DNA of 64,000 nucleotides from Octopus vulgaris (lineage: Eukaryota): the NCBI GenBank assembly GCA_951406725.2, contig OX597814.1, positions 99,138,001 through 99,202,000 on the forward strand, read 5' to 3'. The translations under genes and the position numbers were made by a program. Below, piece after piece: positions 30,189-44,124 of this stretch. Numbering within the stretch: position 1 is the first letter of the stretch; the number at the start of each line of letters is the position of its first letter. A model generated the notes under the pieces. It was not told the DNA's origin. It saw only the letters and a list, made by a program, of their open reading frames with translations, and made no database searches.

Positions 30189-30228
<40 letters not shown>

Positions 30229-30354
30229 CGAGAGAGTAAAATCTAGCTGCTAACGTAAAGCGACAGTTCTGGTTAGGACGATGTTACTACCTTTTTTTAA
30301 CCCCAGGCAAACATCTTTTCCAGCTGGTTATCTTCCTTCATCGGCATTGGATGA

Positions 30355-30392
<38 letters not shown>

Positions 30393-30494
30393 TTATGTGT
30401 ATGTATGCATGTATTTTAGCACACACACACATGCAAACACACACACATGCAAACACACACACTTGTGTGCATATAGATATGAAATGAATAACAT

Positions 30495-30990
30495 AATACA
30501 TTTAATAAATGGAATATTGAAATGTATATAGCGTGGGTAGACTATGCATTATTCTTTCCGCTTTTCCATTCATAAAAAAAACACACGTTCTGATTCCTCT
30601 TGGAAGGAATAGATTTTGTCCTTCACCGTTATGAACGGTTACATACTTACATACATACAAACATGCGTTCGTGCAAACACATGTATAGGTACACCCAGTC
30701 ACCCCCCCCCACACATACACACGTGTGCGTATATATATATATATGACATGGATGACGTAATACATTTGAATGGATTATTGGAATGTATATAGCGTGGGTA
30801 GACTATACATTAATCTTTTTGCTTTCCCATTCATAAAATATCACACGTTCTGATTCCTCCTGGAACTAATAGTTTTTGTCCTTCACCGTTATTAACGGTT
30901 ACATACTTACATAGAAGCATGTGTGCGTGTAGACAAATGTATAGGTATACACACGCACACACACAGACACCCCCCACAAACATGCACACA
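30495..30990. repeat. Diverged tandem duplication, about 260-bp unit x2
   Basis: AATGTATATAGCGTGGGTAGACTAT..CACACGTTCTGATTCCTC..TTTTGTCCTTCACCGTTAT.AACGGTTACATACTTACATA at about 30520 and 30782. Confidence 0.9.
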
Positions 30991-30993
30991 CAC

Positions 30994-31052
<59 letters not shown>

Positions 31053-31092
31053 CACATAATCATGTGTGTGTGCATGCATGTGTGTGTGAGTG

Positions 31093-31126
<34 letters not shown>

Positions 31127-31136
31127 AGTATGTGTA

Positions 31137-31499
31137 GGCGCAGGAGTGGCTGTATGGTAAGTGCTTGCTTCCCAATCACGTGGCACCGGGTTCTGTCCCA
31201 CTGCGTGACAGCTTGGGCAAAGTATCTTCTACTGTAGCCTCGGGCCAACCAAAGCCTTGTTAGTGGATTTGGTAGACGAAAACTGAAAGAATCCCGTCGT
31301 GTATATAGCTATATAACAGATAAAACTTGCTTGCTGTTAGTTTTTTTCCATTTGTGTCTTCCGTTGTTCGAAAGGATAGTTCATGTTCCATGTACTCGTG
31401 CTTCGTATTTTTTGTTGTACACATTTCGTGACGTCCTGTGCCCACATATGCATATATATAAATATATACCTATAGATGTATGTATGTATGTACATTTAC

Positions 31500-31550
<51 letters not shown>

Positions 31551-31800
31551 TATATATATATTATTCATATTTTATATATATATATATGCATATATATATA
31601 TATTATTCATATTATATATATATATATGGATGTATGTGTGTATTTGTATCCCCCCCCCACCAGCGCTAGACAACTGATGTTGGTGTGTTTACGTCCTTGT
31701 AACCGATAGGATAAGTACTAGGCATACAAAGAATAAGTCCTGACGGTGCTTTAGCATGGCCGCAGTCAAATGACTGAAACAAGTAAAAGAATAAAAGAAT
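31137..31800 (+). mobile_element. CORE-type SINE (family A) with expanded internal microsatellite
   Basis: Head GGCGCAGGAGTGGCTGTATGGTAAG, CORE-like GTGACAGCTTGGGCAAAGT, internal (TA)n, tail GCATGGCCGCAGTCAAATGACTGAAACAAGTAAAAGA. Confidence 0.85.
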
Positions 31801-33399
31801 ATATATAAATATACAAATATATATATATAATATAGATAAGTATGTATTCTTATGCAGGCGTGTGTGAGTGTGTGTCTATTTATTCATGTGCTTGCAAGTG
31901 AATAAATAACAATTACACTGCTCACTCTAAGGGGTATTGTGCAAGAACAATACCACGAACAATATATTTTTTCATGTATACTTATTTTCTTAAAGATACA
32001 CCTGATTTTCACCTTTGTAATTTTAACGGTAAAACTGAAAATGTGTACGGACGATACATTGATAGAGACATAATTACTGTTTGCTAACTCTTGTGACTTC
32101 AAGATCGAAACCAGTAACCGGAGCCTGTGTAGATCCTCTTATAGCTTCTCTTTTAAAACAAATATGTATGAAGTAATTTAGATTATTAGGTATGTATTTA
32201 GTGTAGTATAGATTCGTAAGTGTACTGAATAAAGATCGAATCTAGATTGGGAACTGTGGCTGAACAAATTTGACCACAGATCAGCTTGAATGGGGTATAC
32301 ATATGACTAAATACTACAACATCAATGCAATTACATCAACAGTAACCGATGAGACATAGTTAAGTGCTTAATATATCTGGTAATCGCTGAGCTAATACAT
32401 TTCACATTTAACTTCTTATATATTTAAATCAAATAAATGTGATTGGAATTATCCCAAATATCCATTAAATATCAATCTGTTATCCTTAGTGCATCGTTAT
32501 AGACTAAATTTTCTGATTGTGTAGGTACTTCAAGCTCTCTGGTATCTGTAGTTAGAGATGCCTGCTCTTCGAAACTGTGTGGGGATTACGATCAATTATC
32601 CGTGAGAAAAACCTATTTTCCTTTTATGCTTTATAGTTGTCACACACCTTATCTATCTTGTATATTATAACGGTGTTGTTTTCCGTATTTATGTGTGGTA
32701 GAATTTACATTCTCTATAAGAAACTTATTTTTGTTTAAAGATAAATGCGTCTTTAATATTGTTGCTAATCATTATCTGCTGAATCCACTATTGTCCGTAG
32801 ACGCAGCCGAAGATAAATACGATATTGTTCTATTGTTCATGGGCTTAGTATTTATCTTTCAACTTCCAGTGTTAAGCCGATGACGGTCAAATATCTCCTT
32901 GTACAGAATCCTCTTTTCTGACAAGATAGTAACCTCATTGCCGTCGGGTGAATATTTTGCCTTTTACAGAATTATCTGTCGTTTTTGCTGTCTAGACAGA
33001 TCGACATGATCAGGATGAATTGTGATGTATAGCTGTCACAACCTTATTTATCATAAAGTCAGTTGTTTCGTTATTTCTTTTAAATGCAGATATAGAGTGT
33101 ATCTAGAAGTGCATTTTCCAACAAGTCTTGCGAAGAAAGAATGTAAGTGTGATATGAGGGAAATTTGGCTATTTCCTAACAGATCAAACAAACACGATGA
33201 GCATCACTCGTTGGCTAGCTTTGTGTCTGATGTCTTTTAAATAGATAAAATGATGTAGTAGAATTCTGATCTCTGCCACAAAGATAACACGATTTTAATA
33301 GAGCATTATAACACAATGTATTTTATAGTAGTATGCCATTACTGGTACGAAATCATTTATTCTATTAAGTCATCTAAACAAATCCAAATATTTTTCTCC

Positions 33400-33760
33400 T
33401 TTCTAGGAGGGAGGCTATCCTACTGGTTCGTATGAAGACTATCATCAGCGCACTCGTACCTCTGGCCAACAGATGTACTATTCTTTCACTCTGCCTTTAT
33501 TGCCGTCACTAGAGTGTCCTCGGATCCTCGGAGCTAGCTGGTTTCACGCCCCCTTTATTTTTATTTTTCTAAGTCATTCAACGCTCCTACTCTCATCACC
33601 GAAATTATGCCCATACTACAACCTTATTACTAACCACGTCATCCTTTTCTTCTCCAAATGCTACACTCTGGAATTCCTTTCTACCAATCTTTTGTTCTGC
33701 AACCATCAAGTTACAGGAGAATATCAAGAATGGTGAACTCTCCAATTTCGAAGAACAAGA
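33400..33760 (+). mobile_element. Old L2/CR1-group LINE 3' remnant
   Basis: Interrupted peptide LVPLANRCTILSLCLYCRH*SVLGSSELAG and later ..TLWNSF resemble the C-terminus of L2/Crack/CR1-group ORF2. Confidence 0.45.
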
Positions 33761-36633
33761 TAAACCTTTCCATTAGCCCCAAAGCTAATAATCAGAAATA
33801 TCTGGTACTATCTGACTGAAAGATTTCCTGCTGTGAGAGTAGTTTACCATCTATTCTCATGTTAGTGCACTTTTGACATTTCTTTTGGTGCTGATTTCTT
33901 CGGAGGCTATAACACTCTTTACCCTGATACGCAGTATTACATAGTAAAATGCCATGAACTAATTTGCTTGGATTACACACGGGAAAATGTTTCTCCACCG
34001 TTCTAAAGATACTTTTCATTGAACTCTGTTAATTTATTGATGCAAATCTTGTCCTTTGTTTACTTCATTGTAAACTTTACCAATTTGAAGTGTTGATTGG
34101 ATGGCGTTTTTTAAATGCTTTCTTTGTGAGAAACTAGGGAGAGAGTGTTACAAAATCAGTTCTGTCGTTATTCAATATCCTGATCACCATCGTACAGTTT
34201 GGGCGGGGAATATTCCTTTAGATAGGCGACTAAGATTGATACGATATACATTGTTATTTCTCATTAACTTACATAAATTAGTTCCTCAAGTTTTCATCAC
34301 TGAACTCTGTGAATCATTCTCCAAAAGGCTGAATATGCTAATATACTTCGTAAACATTAGGTGTTTCTAGCTCTTTAAAAGATTTGTAATTTGTGGATCA
34401 CTAAAGGATTTGTATTGTTAATTTGGATACATTATCATTTGAAGATATTTGCGCTCTACAAGACGCCATAGGAACTTTATTTCAGCATCATTTTTTCGTC
34501 GTCTTTAATTAGTGTAACGATATGAGAAAAATTACAATTCATCTCATCCTAGGCCCCTGACTGAAACTGTCAATACGCACTGACCATCGTTGGTTTGTTA
34601 AGTCATGTAATTTACTTCTGTAAATGCCTAGCGATATTTGTGCATTTAGAACATTGAACGAATTCCAACACTAATATAATCTGGAGAAAAACTGTGTGTG
34701 AATGACAACATACTTGACTGAAGACATAAATATCAGTAAATAAATAACATTTGGTTAAAGATACAGTGATTTTGGTAAACAGCGTGTTTGAAGTGAACAA
34801 GAAGTTTTGCTTGAAATTGCGGGTTAGCCTATACTCGACTTCATTGGTCTCTACAAAACATCAGATAAATATACAATTTTCCCTTTCTGTCTCTGATTGT
34901 GCAGTTAACAAGAAAGTGAATCAATGCTCCATAATTGTTCGAATGAAATTTTATTTTCGCTTACAAAGTTTTCGAAAACGGAAGGCAAACACCGGAATGC
35001 CATCATTAATATTTAATGGATTTGATAAGATTTTGTATCTAAATTCTGGTCAAATCAAGAATATTTCATAATATTTGCGACCTGAGAGGTATTTTCCATA
35101 TTTTTTTCTTTTCTATTGATAAGACGAACTGTTAAGTTTATCGTCCAGTACATTTACATCAAACTTAGAAATATAATTAAATAAAAATTCAATTCAAATA
35201 ACAAATAATTTTTTATATATCAAACACGAAAAAGAACAAACAATTACAAGATCTTCCATAAATTAATCTTTACATTACAAAACAGTAAGATTTAATCTGA
35301 AATCTAGATCTAAATATACCCTGGTACCAAGATCTACCATAACACTGTGGTGCTGAATGTTGCAGAAGAGGCTTTAAAATACTGTTAGTCTCATGTAGGA
35401 AACAGATCAGTTATGGAAGGCGAGTTATTGTGACCTAAGCAAATGGAACCAAACCTAATCCTAAAGGATAATAAATAAAAAAAATAAAGCATATCATAAG
35501 CAGATTGTTTATAGTACAAAAAGAAATATTTCATGCCTCTATTTTCGCACATAGCAAAGATGTTCAGTGTATTACAGATCCTTAAAGCGAATTCGATTAA
35601 TCATAGAAAATAACCGAATAAACTCTAACGTACACGAATAGATTAACTGACTATATCCCCTTTTAGGCATGAATAAATTCTAACGCATCAGTAGCGCTAA
35701 AAGACAAGGCCGACCTCGATGGAATATGAACGTAGAACACTTTGTTTACAAGACTGTGACTAAACACTGTATAAAAATTTGTCTGAATCCTTAATGGTTC
35801 TGCCAGTCATCTTCCTACACTTATATAATATTCCGATATATGTCAAATCAAATATAAACGAAACGGAGTATAAAGATGTTCATACATTGACCGCAAATAA
35901 TGGATTTCTTTTCATTAGATTTCGGCAAAGGAAAGGAAAATCGACCTCACTGTTTTCAACTTACAAAGCTGTGACACCGAAGTAGATACACTGTAGCTCC
36001 CTATGAACTACGTTATAGTCTCCGTAATCATCAACATCAATGACTTGACATATTTGTATTTAGGACGATAGTTTCTGAAATATTTGCTTAGCTTTTATTT
36101 TTAAACATGCGTGTCATGTAATAATTCAGTGAGTGCAAGTCAGGTGTCTGTATTTAATTAACAATCGCACAGTGCAGAGGAAACTGCATAAGTTAGATCT
36201 TTCAAACTGCACCACACGATACAGGAACGGCTCTTTTCAACGCTCAAGCTTTTGCTTTTACAGTTGCGTTCCAGCTGCGTTACTTTCAATGTTGCATCGT
36301 TTTCGTAATCACTTCAACTAAAGAAGAAATAAAACGGGGGCTGACAAACAAATAAGTAAAGTACGCAAGACCCAAATAAAGATTAGTGAAACCCAATACA
36401 GACACATTTATTTATCCCACAGTATGCGTGAAATGAAAGGCAACATTGAATTTAATTTATAGAAGATTACTAATATTTCGGGAATCAGGAATCGGAAGTA
36501 CTTAAGTCATGTTGTTATTAAACATGGTTGAATTAACAGCGGAGGTTTATTTCCCTAAAATTGCATGTGTTGGTTACGTTGGCAAATTAAAATAACACAG
36601 ACACACATGCAAAAATATATAAATATAAACATG

Positions 36634-36665
<32 letters not shown>

Positions 36666-36703
36666 TGTATGTATGTATGTATGTATGTATGTATGTATGT
36701 ATG

Positions 36704-36773
<70 letters not shown>

Positions 36774-36787
36774 TATATATATATTTA

Positions 36788-36846
<59 letters not shown>

Positions 36847-37057
36847 TCTGATATTCGTTTATATGACTGCGACGTTAAAGGGCTTTTTTTAGTCGAACAA
36901 ATTAACCCCAGCACTTATTTTTTTGTAAGCCTTGTACTTATTCTATCGGTCTTTTTTGGTGAACCGCGAATTTACGGGAACGTAAACACACAAAATAGGT
37001 TGTCAAGCGGTGGTAGAATGGGCAGACATACACAGACGCAAAGACACACACACACAC

Positions 37058-37139
<82 letters not shown>

Positions 37140-37168
37140 GTGTATGTATGTATGTATGTATGTATGTA

Positions 37169-37202
<34 letters not shown>

Positions 37203-37935
37203 ATGTATGTGTGGTGTATATATGTATATGCATGTATGTATGTATAGCAGGTCGCTCTTGGGCGCTGCTGGTAACATGCAACCTGGTACAATCTGTTGTA
37301 TCGTCGGATCGTCGGCCACTAAAATAGCAACAGCATCAAGCTTGCTTGCGGAGGAGGGTGATACTTGGACACTCTGCAGGACGGAATATAGGACGTGTCA
37401 AATGGCAGAAGAGTCAACGGCTATTGAACAATATGTGTATGTATGGAAGTGCTTGGGTCGGTGTCCAGGCATACGGTTGGCCCACTAGGAGTGGGAGGCC
37501 CCTCTGTTGTCACTACATCTCTCTAGGAGGAGAAAGCTCCGAGAGAAAACCTGCGATATTGACAATATTCCATCATGTAGACTAGTTCTTCTTTTCGAGT
37601 TTATGTTGTCCATATTCAGAGAGTGGGATTTGGATTTGGGCAAATCCTTTCCCCGCTTTAAAAAAAAGTCATCATGCACAGGCATCGCTTGAATGAAGAA
37701 GTAAAACAATATTGCAAAGCATCAATTACCAAGAGACTCGAGCTACGGACAGAAAATTTACACATACTCACGCACACATAGAGAGGGATGTAACTTTCGT
37801 TAAACATAGACGCATATAGACTTGATTACTCCCAGTCACACACAGAGGGAATATTGGCCAACCCGCCTAGCATCACAACATCCAATAGCCTTGTTGATAC
37901 TGTGTAACAATGATATATATATATATATATATATA

Positions 37936-38130
37936 TAACGGGAAGGTTTACGAAAATAAACAAAAGACGAAGGCAGGTGGAGTACAAACAAACAATTGTA
38001 TTAGTATGGCGCTCAGGAATAGAAATAGAACAATTCTTTTACGTTTCGAGCCTACGCTCTTCGACAGAAAGATACACAGAAAAGAAACAAAGAGAGAAAA
38101 AAATGCGTGTAGGAGTTAACGGTCTATCAC
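37936..38130 (-). mobile_element. (TA)n-terminating short element with variant hammerhead (38035-38072)
   Basis: Reverse complement tcttt CTGTCGA a gag-cgtagg-ctc GAAAC GT A aaaga. Nearly identical to 19330-19478. Confidence 0.75.
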
Positions 38131-38149
38131 ACACACATACATATATATG

Positions 38150-38385
38150 TTAAGTAACTTACTTGCCAATCAACCACATGGTTCCTGGTTCAGTCCCTCT
38201 GCGTGACATCTTGTCGCTTGACAAATGATGCTGGTATGTTTACATCTCTGTAACCTAGCGGGTTCGGCATAAGAGGCCGTTAGAATAAGTATTAGGCTTA
38301 CAAAGAATAAGCCCCGGGGTCGATTTGCTCGACTAAAGGCGGTGCTCCAGTGAAATGACTGAAACAAGTAAAACAGTAAAAGAAA
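38150..38385 (+). mobile_element. Internally deleted family-A SINE
   Basis: AACCACATGGTTCCTGGTTCAGTCCC joined directly to the 3' part CGCTTGACAAATGATGCTGG..GACTAAAGGCGGTGCTCCAG. Confidence 0.8.
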
Positions 38386-38469
38386 CGAATAAAAAAATAT
38401 CAGTGTTACACAGTATCAACCAGGCTACCAAACGTTGTGATACTAGGCGGGTATATATATATATATAAT

Positions 38470-38753
38470 TGTTACTAAAGTAACGGAGGGTGTTAGAAAT
38501 AAGAATCAAAAGAACTCTTAGCTACGTGAGAGCATTTTTTTAACCCTCGGAAACAGAGTAATGGGTCACTGATGAAGATTGATTAAATCTGAAATCAGCG
38601 CTGACATGACTCCATCGCGCTTGTCGTAAAGAAGGAGCCTGTGTCCTTTGTTAGCCTTTAGAAAAGTGCTCTCACGTGGCTATGAGTTATTTTGACTCTT
38701 ATTTCTAGCAATGCTGGTGCTTATTAGCACGCTACATCACCTTAGTCACAAAT
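38470..38753. mobile_element. Short foldback element with central degenerate hammerhead (38565-38605, +)
   Basis: About 50-bp inverted repeat TAGAAATAAGAATCAAAAGAACTCTTAGCTACGTGAGAGCA / TGCTCTCACGTGGCTATGAGTTATTTTGACTCTTATTTCTA. Inside: gtca CTGATGA agatt-gatta-aatct GAAA tcagcgc tgac. Confidence 0.65.
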
Positions 38754-38814
38754 GTACCTATTACCTATCGGTTCTAAACTGCGAACAGCCACCTTAATGA
38801 TTTATATACGTATA

Positions 38815-38917
38815 CGACAGGGTGCTGAAAAGTTCCTGGCTTTGGGATAAAAGAACTCAGTGGTTCGGGCCTTCAACCAAGTCTTTCTTAAAGCTAGGAA
38901 CTTTTCATCATCCCCTA
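38815..38917. mobile_element. Tc1/mariner-type MITE (about 100 bp)
   Basis: TIRs GGGTGCTGAAAAGTTCCTGGCTTT / AAAGCTAGGAACTTTTCATCATCCC in a TA context. Confidence 0.75.
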
Positions 38918-38933
38918 TGTGTGTGTGTCTGTG

Positions 38934-38987
<54 letters not shown>

Positions 38988-39051
38988 TATATGTGTGTGT
39001 ATGTGTGTGTATGTATGTGTGTGTGTGTATGTATGTATGTATGCATGTATG

Positions 39052-39089
<38 letters not shown>

Positions 39090-39286
39090 AATGGATGAAT
39101 GAATTATCCTTTGTTTACCGTTAACATGGAAAATTCAATAAACTGTTACCAGGGTAGCAAAATTCACGCAAGTAACAAGGATGTGGCGACCTATTCAAAG
39201 GTAGAAACTCCGGGTTAATGTGCAGTAATTTGTGTAGTATAAGTAAATAAATGGAGTTGAACGCAGATGCTATTCAAATTCTTTTA

Positions 39287-39369
39287 CTTTCGACATATGT
39301 TTCGATGACAACATTGGTTTTATTCCAAAGAAATAAACGGTGTAAAATGCAATCTTCTCATCAAGAAAG
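39287..39369 (-). ncRNA. Type I hammerhead motif with long stem II (C3>U)
   Basis: Reverse complement ctttc TTGATGA gaagat...gtcatc GAAAC ATAT GTC gaaag; stem III palindrome ACATATGT. The host segment abuts (TA)n at about 39086. Confidence 0.7.
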
Positions 39370-40724
39370 AAAGAGAACCTATCTGAACAACAAGACATTA
39401 TAACAATTTTGATGACTGCATAAATGATAAACAGAACGCTATTAAGTATTTAAAAAAGAACCGTTTGTACATTCGACGTCAAAGGCAGACACTAGGAAGA
39501 GAAGGGGTAAAGAAATAAATAGAGAACAAATAAAGAGGGATATATTGGTTGAAAAAATGTTCAAAGGCTTGGAAGTAGATTTCTATGTTGAAGTAATGTG
39601 CAAGTTGAACTAAATGTTCAAACTATAAAGACTGGTAAAATCACTTATATGAGCTAAATATAGTTCATATAAGTGATAATAATAATAATACAAGGAATAT
39701 TCCCTTATATCGCCTAATTAGTTGTCTACGATTACGAGGAGTAATTTTCAATATATGCAATAGTAATTTTGTGTAGTTTTCAACACAAGCGCTAATAATT
39801 TTGGGTGAGATGCGAAAGTATGTTCTTGTTGATGTAATGCAGTGAATGGCTTCATTTTCAGAATTTAACACCAAGCAGGGTATGCATCTGGTAAAACAAC
39901 ATTTAAAGAAGGTAAATTGCTTTTAAAATATTACCAAACAGTGACTGTAAACCGAAGCTATTAAAAGATTTTATTCGAATTTAATATCTTCTTTTCAACG
40001 TTTGTAATATATTAATAAAATATTTAAATGTATGCTTCAAAAGGCATTCTAATATGTAAATATGTAGGTAATAACAATGTCTTTCCTCTGAAAATGTTAC
40101 TGGCTTCAAGCCAGTTAAGTGTTAAGCTGTTGTATATTAAACAGAGTTCACAGTAGTAGCATGTGATAAACAAGCACATTAAAAGGTTCAGTGACATAAT
40201 GTACATTCTCAGTAACTGAGACTATCGGAGTAATTTTACATATTTATGTTTCTCGACTTACTACATTTTGCTAACGATATGATTAGTATCCACCAAGTAT
40301 TTTTGACTTGAAATTGCTTGCTTATTTGTTGGCTGCTGCTCGACAGTCGAGTATCGATAGGTAGGCAAAATTTCTATGTCGTGTTAACTGTCGCTTTCTC
40401 CTTCTCTTGTTAGATTTAAACCGTAGCAAAATATTAAATTAAACTATTTAAGCGTGCTTATTGAGAGTTTCATTACCTTATCATTACTATAATCATTGAT
40501 GCCATGCAAGACTGACACTTCGTTATTCCTTTATAATCTTACTCTTTTCATAACGTTATTTAAAATGTAAAGCCCAGTAATTCGCAAGTTCGGAATCGTG
40601 AAGTCTTCGGAGGCATTGAGATATTATCCACTTGGCCCAGAAAAATTCATTACAAAACAAGTGCGACTTTAAATAGTCGCAGTAAATACCAGAGAAATAG
40701 AAATAGCCATTTAAACGCCAGCAC

Positions 40725-40873
40725 AATTGTAGCTGTGTGGTAAGAAGCTTGCTTCCCAAACTCAGTGTTTCGGGTTCAGTCCCATTGCGTGGCACGTTGG
40801 GCGAGTGCATTCTACTATAGCTTCGAGCTGACCAAAGCCTTGTGAGTGAATTTGAAACTGAAATAAGCCTGAA

Positions 40874-40876
<3 letters not shown>
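40725..40876 (+). mobile_element. Family-A SINE 5' half ending in (TA)n
   Basis: GCTGTGTGGTAAGAAGCTTGCTTCCCAA..GGGTTCAGTCCCATTGCGTGGCACGTTGGGCGAGTG..ACCAAAGCCTTGTGAGTG. Confidence 0.8.
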
Positions 40877-40919
<43 letters not shown>

Positions 40920-41673
40920 CAGATGCATCTCCCATATGCATCTACCTATATATTATGTTATACTATATTGTATATGTAATATGCAATACAATATATTATA
41001 TTATATTACATTATGTTGTGTTACACTGTATTATATTATACTATATTTTATGTAATATTTTCCAATCTACTATGTATTGTGAATAGCAGAATGCACACAT
41101 TCCATTATTGGTATTATTATTAATAATAATAATATTAATAGTTTTAGTAATGTAATACAATGAACTTTGGACTCTGTATATGTACCCTTTGATGTGGATA
41201 TATATGTATATTCCAGTATATATATCTGATTAACTGTAACCTTATGTGTATGTATATTATATATATATATGTATATTTATATACATATTCTTGTATATGT
41301 GTACTTTGTTTGATATTTATATTTGCATTTTATATCTTCATTTTATATCTTCATAATTGTACTTTATAATTTCTGACAAGGCCTTGAGATATATATATAT
41401 AACTCATTTCTAACTGCATATTACCTCAATACATCTGACTAATATGGGCATAATGAGATACCTTTATCTACAGGCTGAAACAGCTGTAAGATCCATTTTA
41501 TATGTATTATTTTTATAGTATTATCTTACTTATTGATGTATATTGTTTTATTCTGTCTTATTCTGTTGGATTTGGATGTTCCTATTTAATGAATTAGTTA
41601 ATAAATTATATGAATTGATATTATCTGGAAGTTGATGATTGAAAGGAATCTATTCCTCCATTTTCTTATTTTG

Positions 41674-41783
<110 letters not shown>

Positions 41784-42094
41784 ATCTATGTGCGTGTCTC
41801 TTTAACAATATGTTTGTGCATCGTCCAAAATGCTTATCATATTTATATAGAACAATGCATTGCGACCTATAATTAAAATAAATAAATATCTTAAATAAAC
41901 GCTTCAATATATATGTTCAAGACTGGATAATCAACATCATTACCACCAATACTAATGATTGGGGAAAGCCACAGGGCAACAAGATAAGAATTACGTACCA
42001 CTACACAGTACATCGTTGAAACGAATCCCTTGCTCTATATTTCTCTCATTCTCTGCACACAGAAGTTCATTCACCGGTATGATAACCCTAATAA

Positions 42095-42480
42095 CAATGG
42101 TTTCAAATTTTGGCACAAGGCCAGCAATTTCGGAGGAGGGGTAAGTCGATTCCATCGATTCCAGTGCTCAACTGCTATTTATTTTGTCGACGCCGAATGG
42201 ATGAAAAGCAAAGTCAACCTCGGCGGATAACCCTAATAATGATAATACTTATAAGCATAAGTATTCTTGTTATTAAAGAAGTCGGTGAACTGGCAGAATA
42301 GTTAGCACGCAGGATGAAATGCTTCGCGTCATTTCTCCCGGCTTTACTTTCTGAGTTCAGTTTCGCCGACGCTAACTTTTCCTTTCATCCTTCCGGAATC
42401 GATAAAATAAGTTGAGCACTGAGGTCGATGTAATCGACTTACTCTTCCCACTAAATTTCAGGCTCTGTGCCTATAACAGC
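42095..42480. mobile_element. Two family-B SINE copies in opposite orientation
   Basis: Minus copy about 42095-42228 (GGCACAAGGCCAGCAATTT..ATGAAAAGCAAAGTCAACCTCGGCGGA); plus copy about 42280-42480 (GGTGAACTGGCAGAATAGTTAGCACG..CTTTCATCCTTCCGG). Confidence 0.75.
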
Positions 42481-42556
42481 AAATTTTACTATTATCAGTA
42501 TTATAATATATAGAAATCTATCTCAACAGTGAACATAATATGAGACATTGGTGTGT

Positions 42557-42687
42557 TAGGAGTGGCTGTGTGGTAAGTAGCTTGCTTACCAGCCACATGG
42601 TTCCGGGCAAGTGTCTTCTACTATAGCCTCGGGCCGACCAAAGCTTTGTGAGTGGATTTGGTAGACGGAAACTGAAAGAAGCCCGTC

Positions 42688-42750
<63 letters not shown>

Positions 42751-42960
42751 TGTGTGTGTATATGTTTGTGTGTCTGTGTTTGCCTCCCCAACATCGCTTG
42801 AAAACCGATGCTGGTGTGTTTACGTCCCCGTAAAAGAGACCGATTAAATAAGTACTAGGCTTACAAAGAATAAGTCCCAGGGTAGATTTGCTCGACTAAA
42901 GGCGGTGCTCCAGCATGGCCACAGTCAAGTGACTGAAGCAAGTAAAAGAGTAAGAGAGTA
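42557..42960 (+). mobile_element. CORE-type SINE (family A) with internal (TA)n
   Basis: AGGAGTGGCTGTGTGGTAAGTAGCTTGCTTACC..GGGCAAGTGTCTTCTACTATAGCCTCGGGCCGACC..(TA)n..GACTAAAGGCGGTGCTCCAGCATGGCC..GTAAAAGAG. Confidence 0.9.
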
Positions 42961-43587
42961 TTTAAAGAGTATTCGTCATCATCTTATGGTTCACTCAAGG
43001 AAGCGTTACCACGGCAAATATATGCCCAACCAAACCTTCCAACATTTATATTTGCGAAGATACACAGACTCACATATTCTCGCATGAACAAATATAGATA
43101 TAAATATGAAATAAATATGAATTAAATGTGAACAGTAACTTATGTTTTCTTAATTATATGATTTTAATTATGTATGGGTCTCTCTTAGGAAAGATGTTTA
43201 TCAAATTTCCTTGTTATTATATTTACAAGAGGAGCTAAGTAAAATAGTGTATAGTGAATATTAAAGGGACACAAAATACTTTAAAGGGAGTATAAAATAA
43301 TGATCAACTTTATCAAGAAAATTGTTATTAGTATAAAGATAGCAAAAAAAGAAAGAAAAAAAAAGAAAACGACTAAATGATTGAGATCTCACGGATTACT
43401 TACTTCACTTTTCGCTTTCTTTCCTTTGACAAGCTAAAGACTTGGTTGATAAAACGAGCTAAACTCATTCTCGCTAATATACTCACATGTTTGCACACAA
43501 TCAGACATATACATATACATACATACATACATATATACATACATACATACATATATATATACATATATATATATATACATATATATA

Positions 43588-43618
<31 letters not shown>

Positions 43619-44085
43619 GTGTACGTGTGTGTGTGTTTAAGTGTATTACTAAAGAAATCTATGATATCATTGTCATATTTATATATGTGTGTATACACAC
43701 ACACACACACACTCTCTCTCTGTCTCTCTGTCTCTCTTAGACACACACACACACACATGCACAAATGTACATACACATCGAGATATTTGCTTTGTTCCTG
43801 TTTTACATATATGTGAGAAAAAAACCTCATTGTACACTATGAAGTATATGAGCTGTATAATAAGAATGTTCGGGGGGATTAGAACCTTTCAAAGGAATTG
43901 TGGTCTAAAACCCTAATTTAACGTCTCGTTATGTGGCCTGGTTACTTTTCATACAGTTTCGGTGTAGTCAGAAGCATTCACTTTCTCAATACTAAAACAT
44001 ACTTAAGCAGTGAACGAAACTAGTTCTCAATCATTAATTAAATACGACCGACCACTGGATAATTTCAGCAGGTACGGGAGTTAAT

Positions 44086-44124
44086 TTCGGACACGTTTCG
44101 GTAGTGTTGCACCTTTTCAGCGAA
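44086..44124 (-). ncRNA. Isolated minimal hammerhead motif (G8>A, probably decayed)
   Basis: Reverse complement ttcg CTGAAAA ggt-gcaacact-acc GAAAC GT GTC cgaa. Confidence 0.6.

Larger units (their letters stand above)
37861..38452. repeat. About 56-bp inverted repeat pair enclosing later insertions
   Basis: 37861-37915 ACCCGCCTAGCATCACAAC..GTTGATACTGTGTAACAATGATA vs 38397-38452 ATATCAGTGTTACACAGTATCAAC..GTTGTGATACTAGGCGGGT. Confidence 0.85.

Noticed and set aside
33770-35100. Possible minus-strand CR1-like remnant
   Set aside because: Too degenerate to read diagnostic RT motifs.
37245-37760. GC-richer segment resembling a LINE 5' UTR
   Set aside because: No coding motif follows, so the family cannot be assigned from sequence alone.
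41432-41492. GAAACAGCTGTA with atct/agat flanks (hammerhead 3' half)
   Set aside because: The CUGANGA box is not recognisable. It is probably a decayed motif and is not counted.
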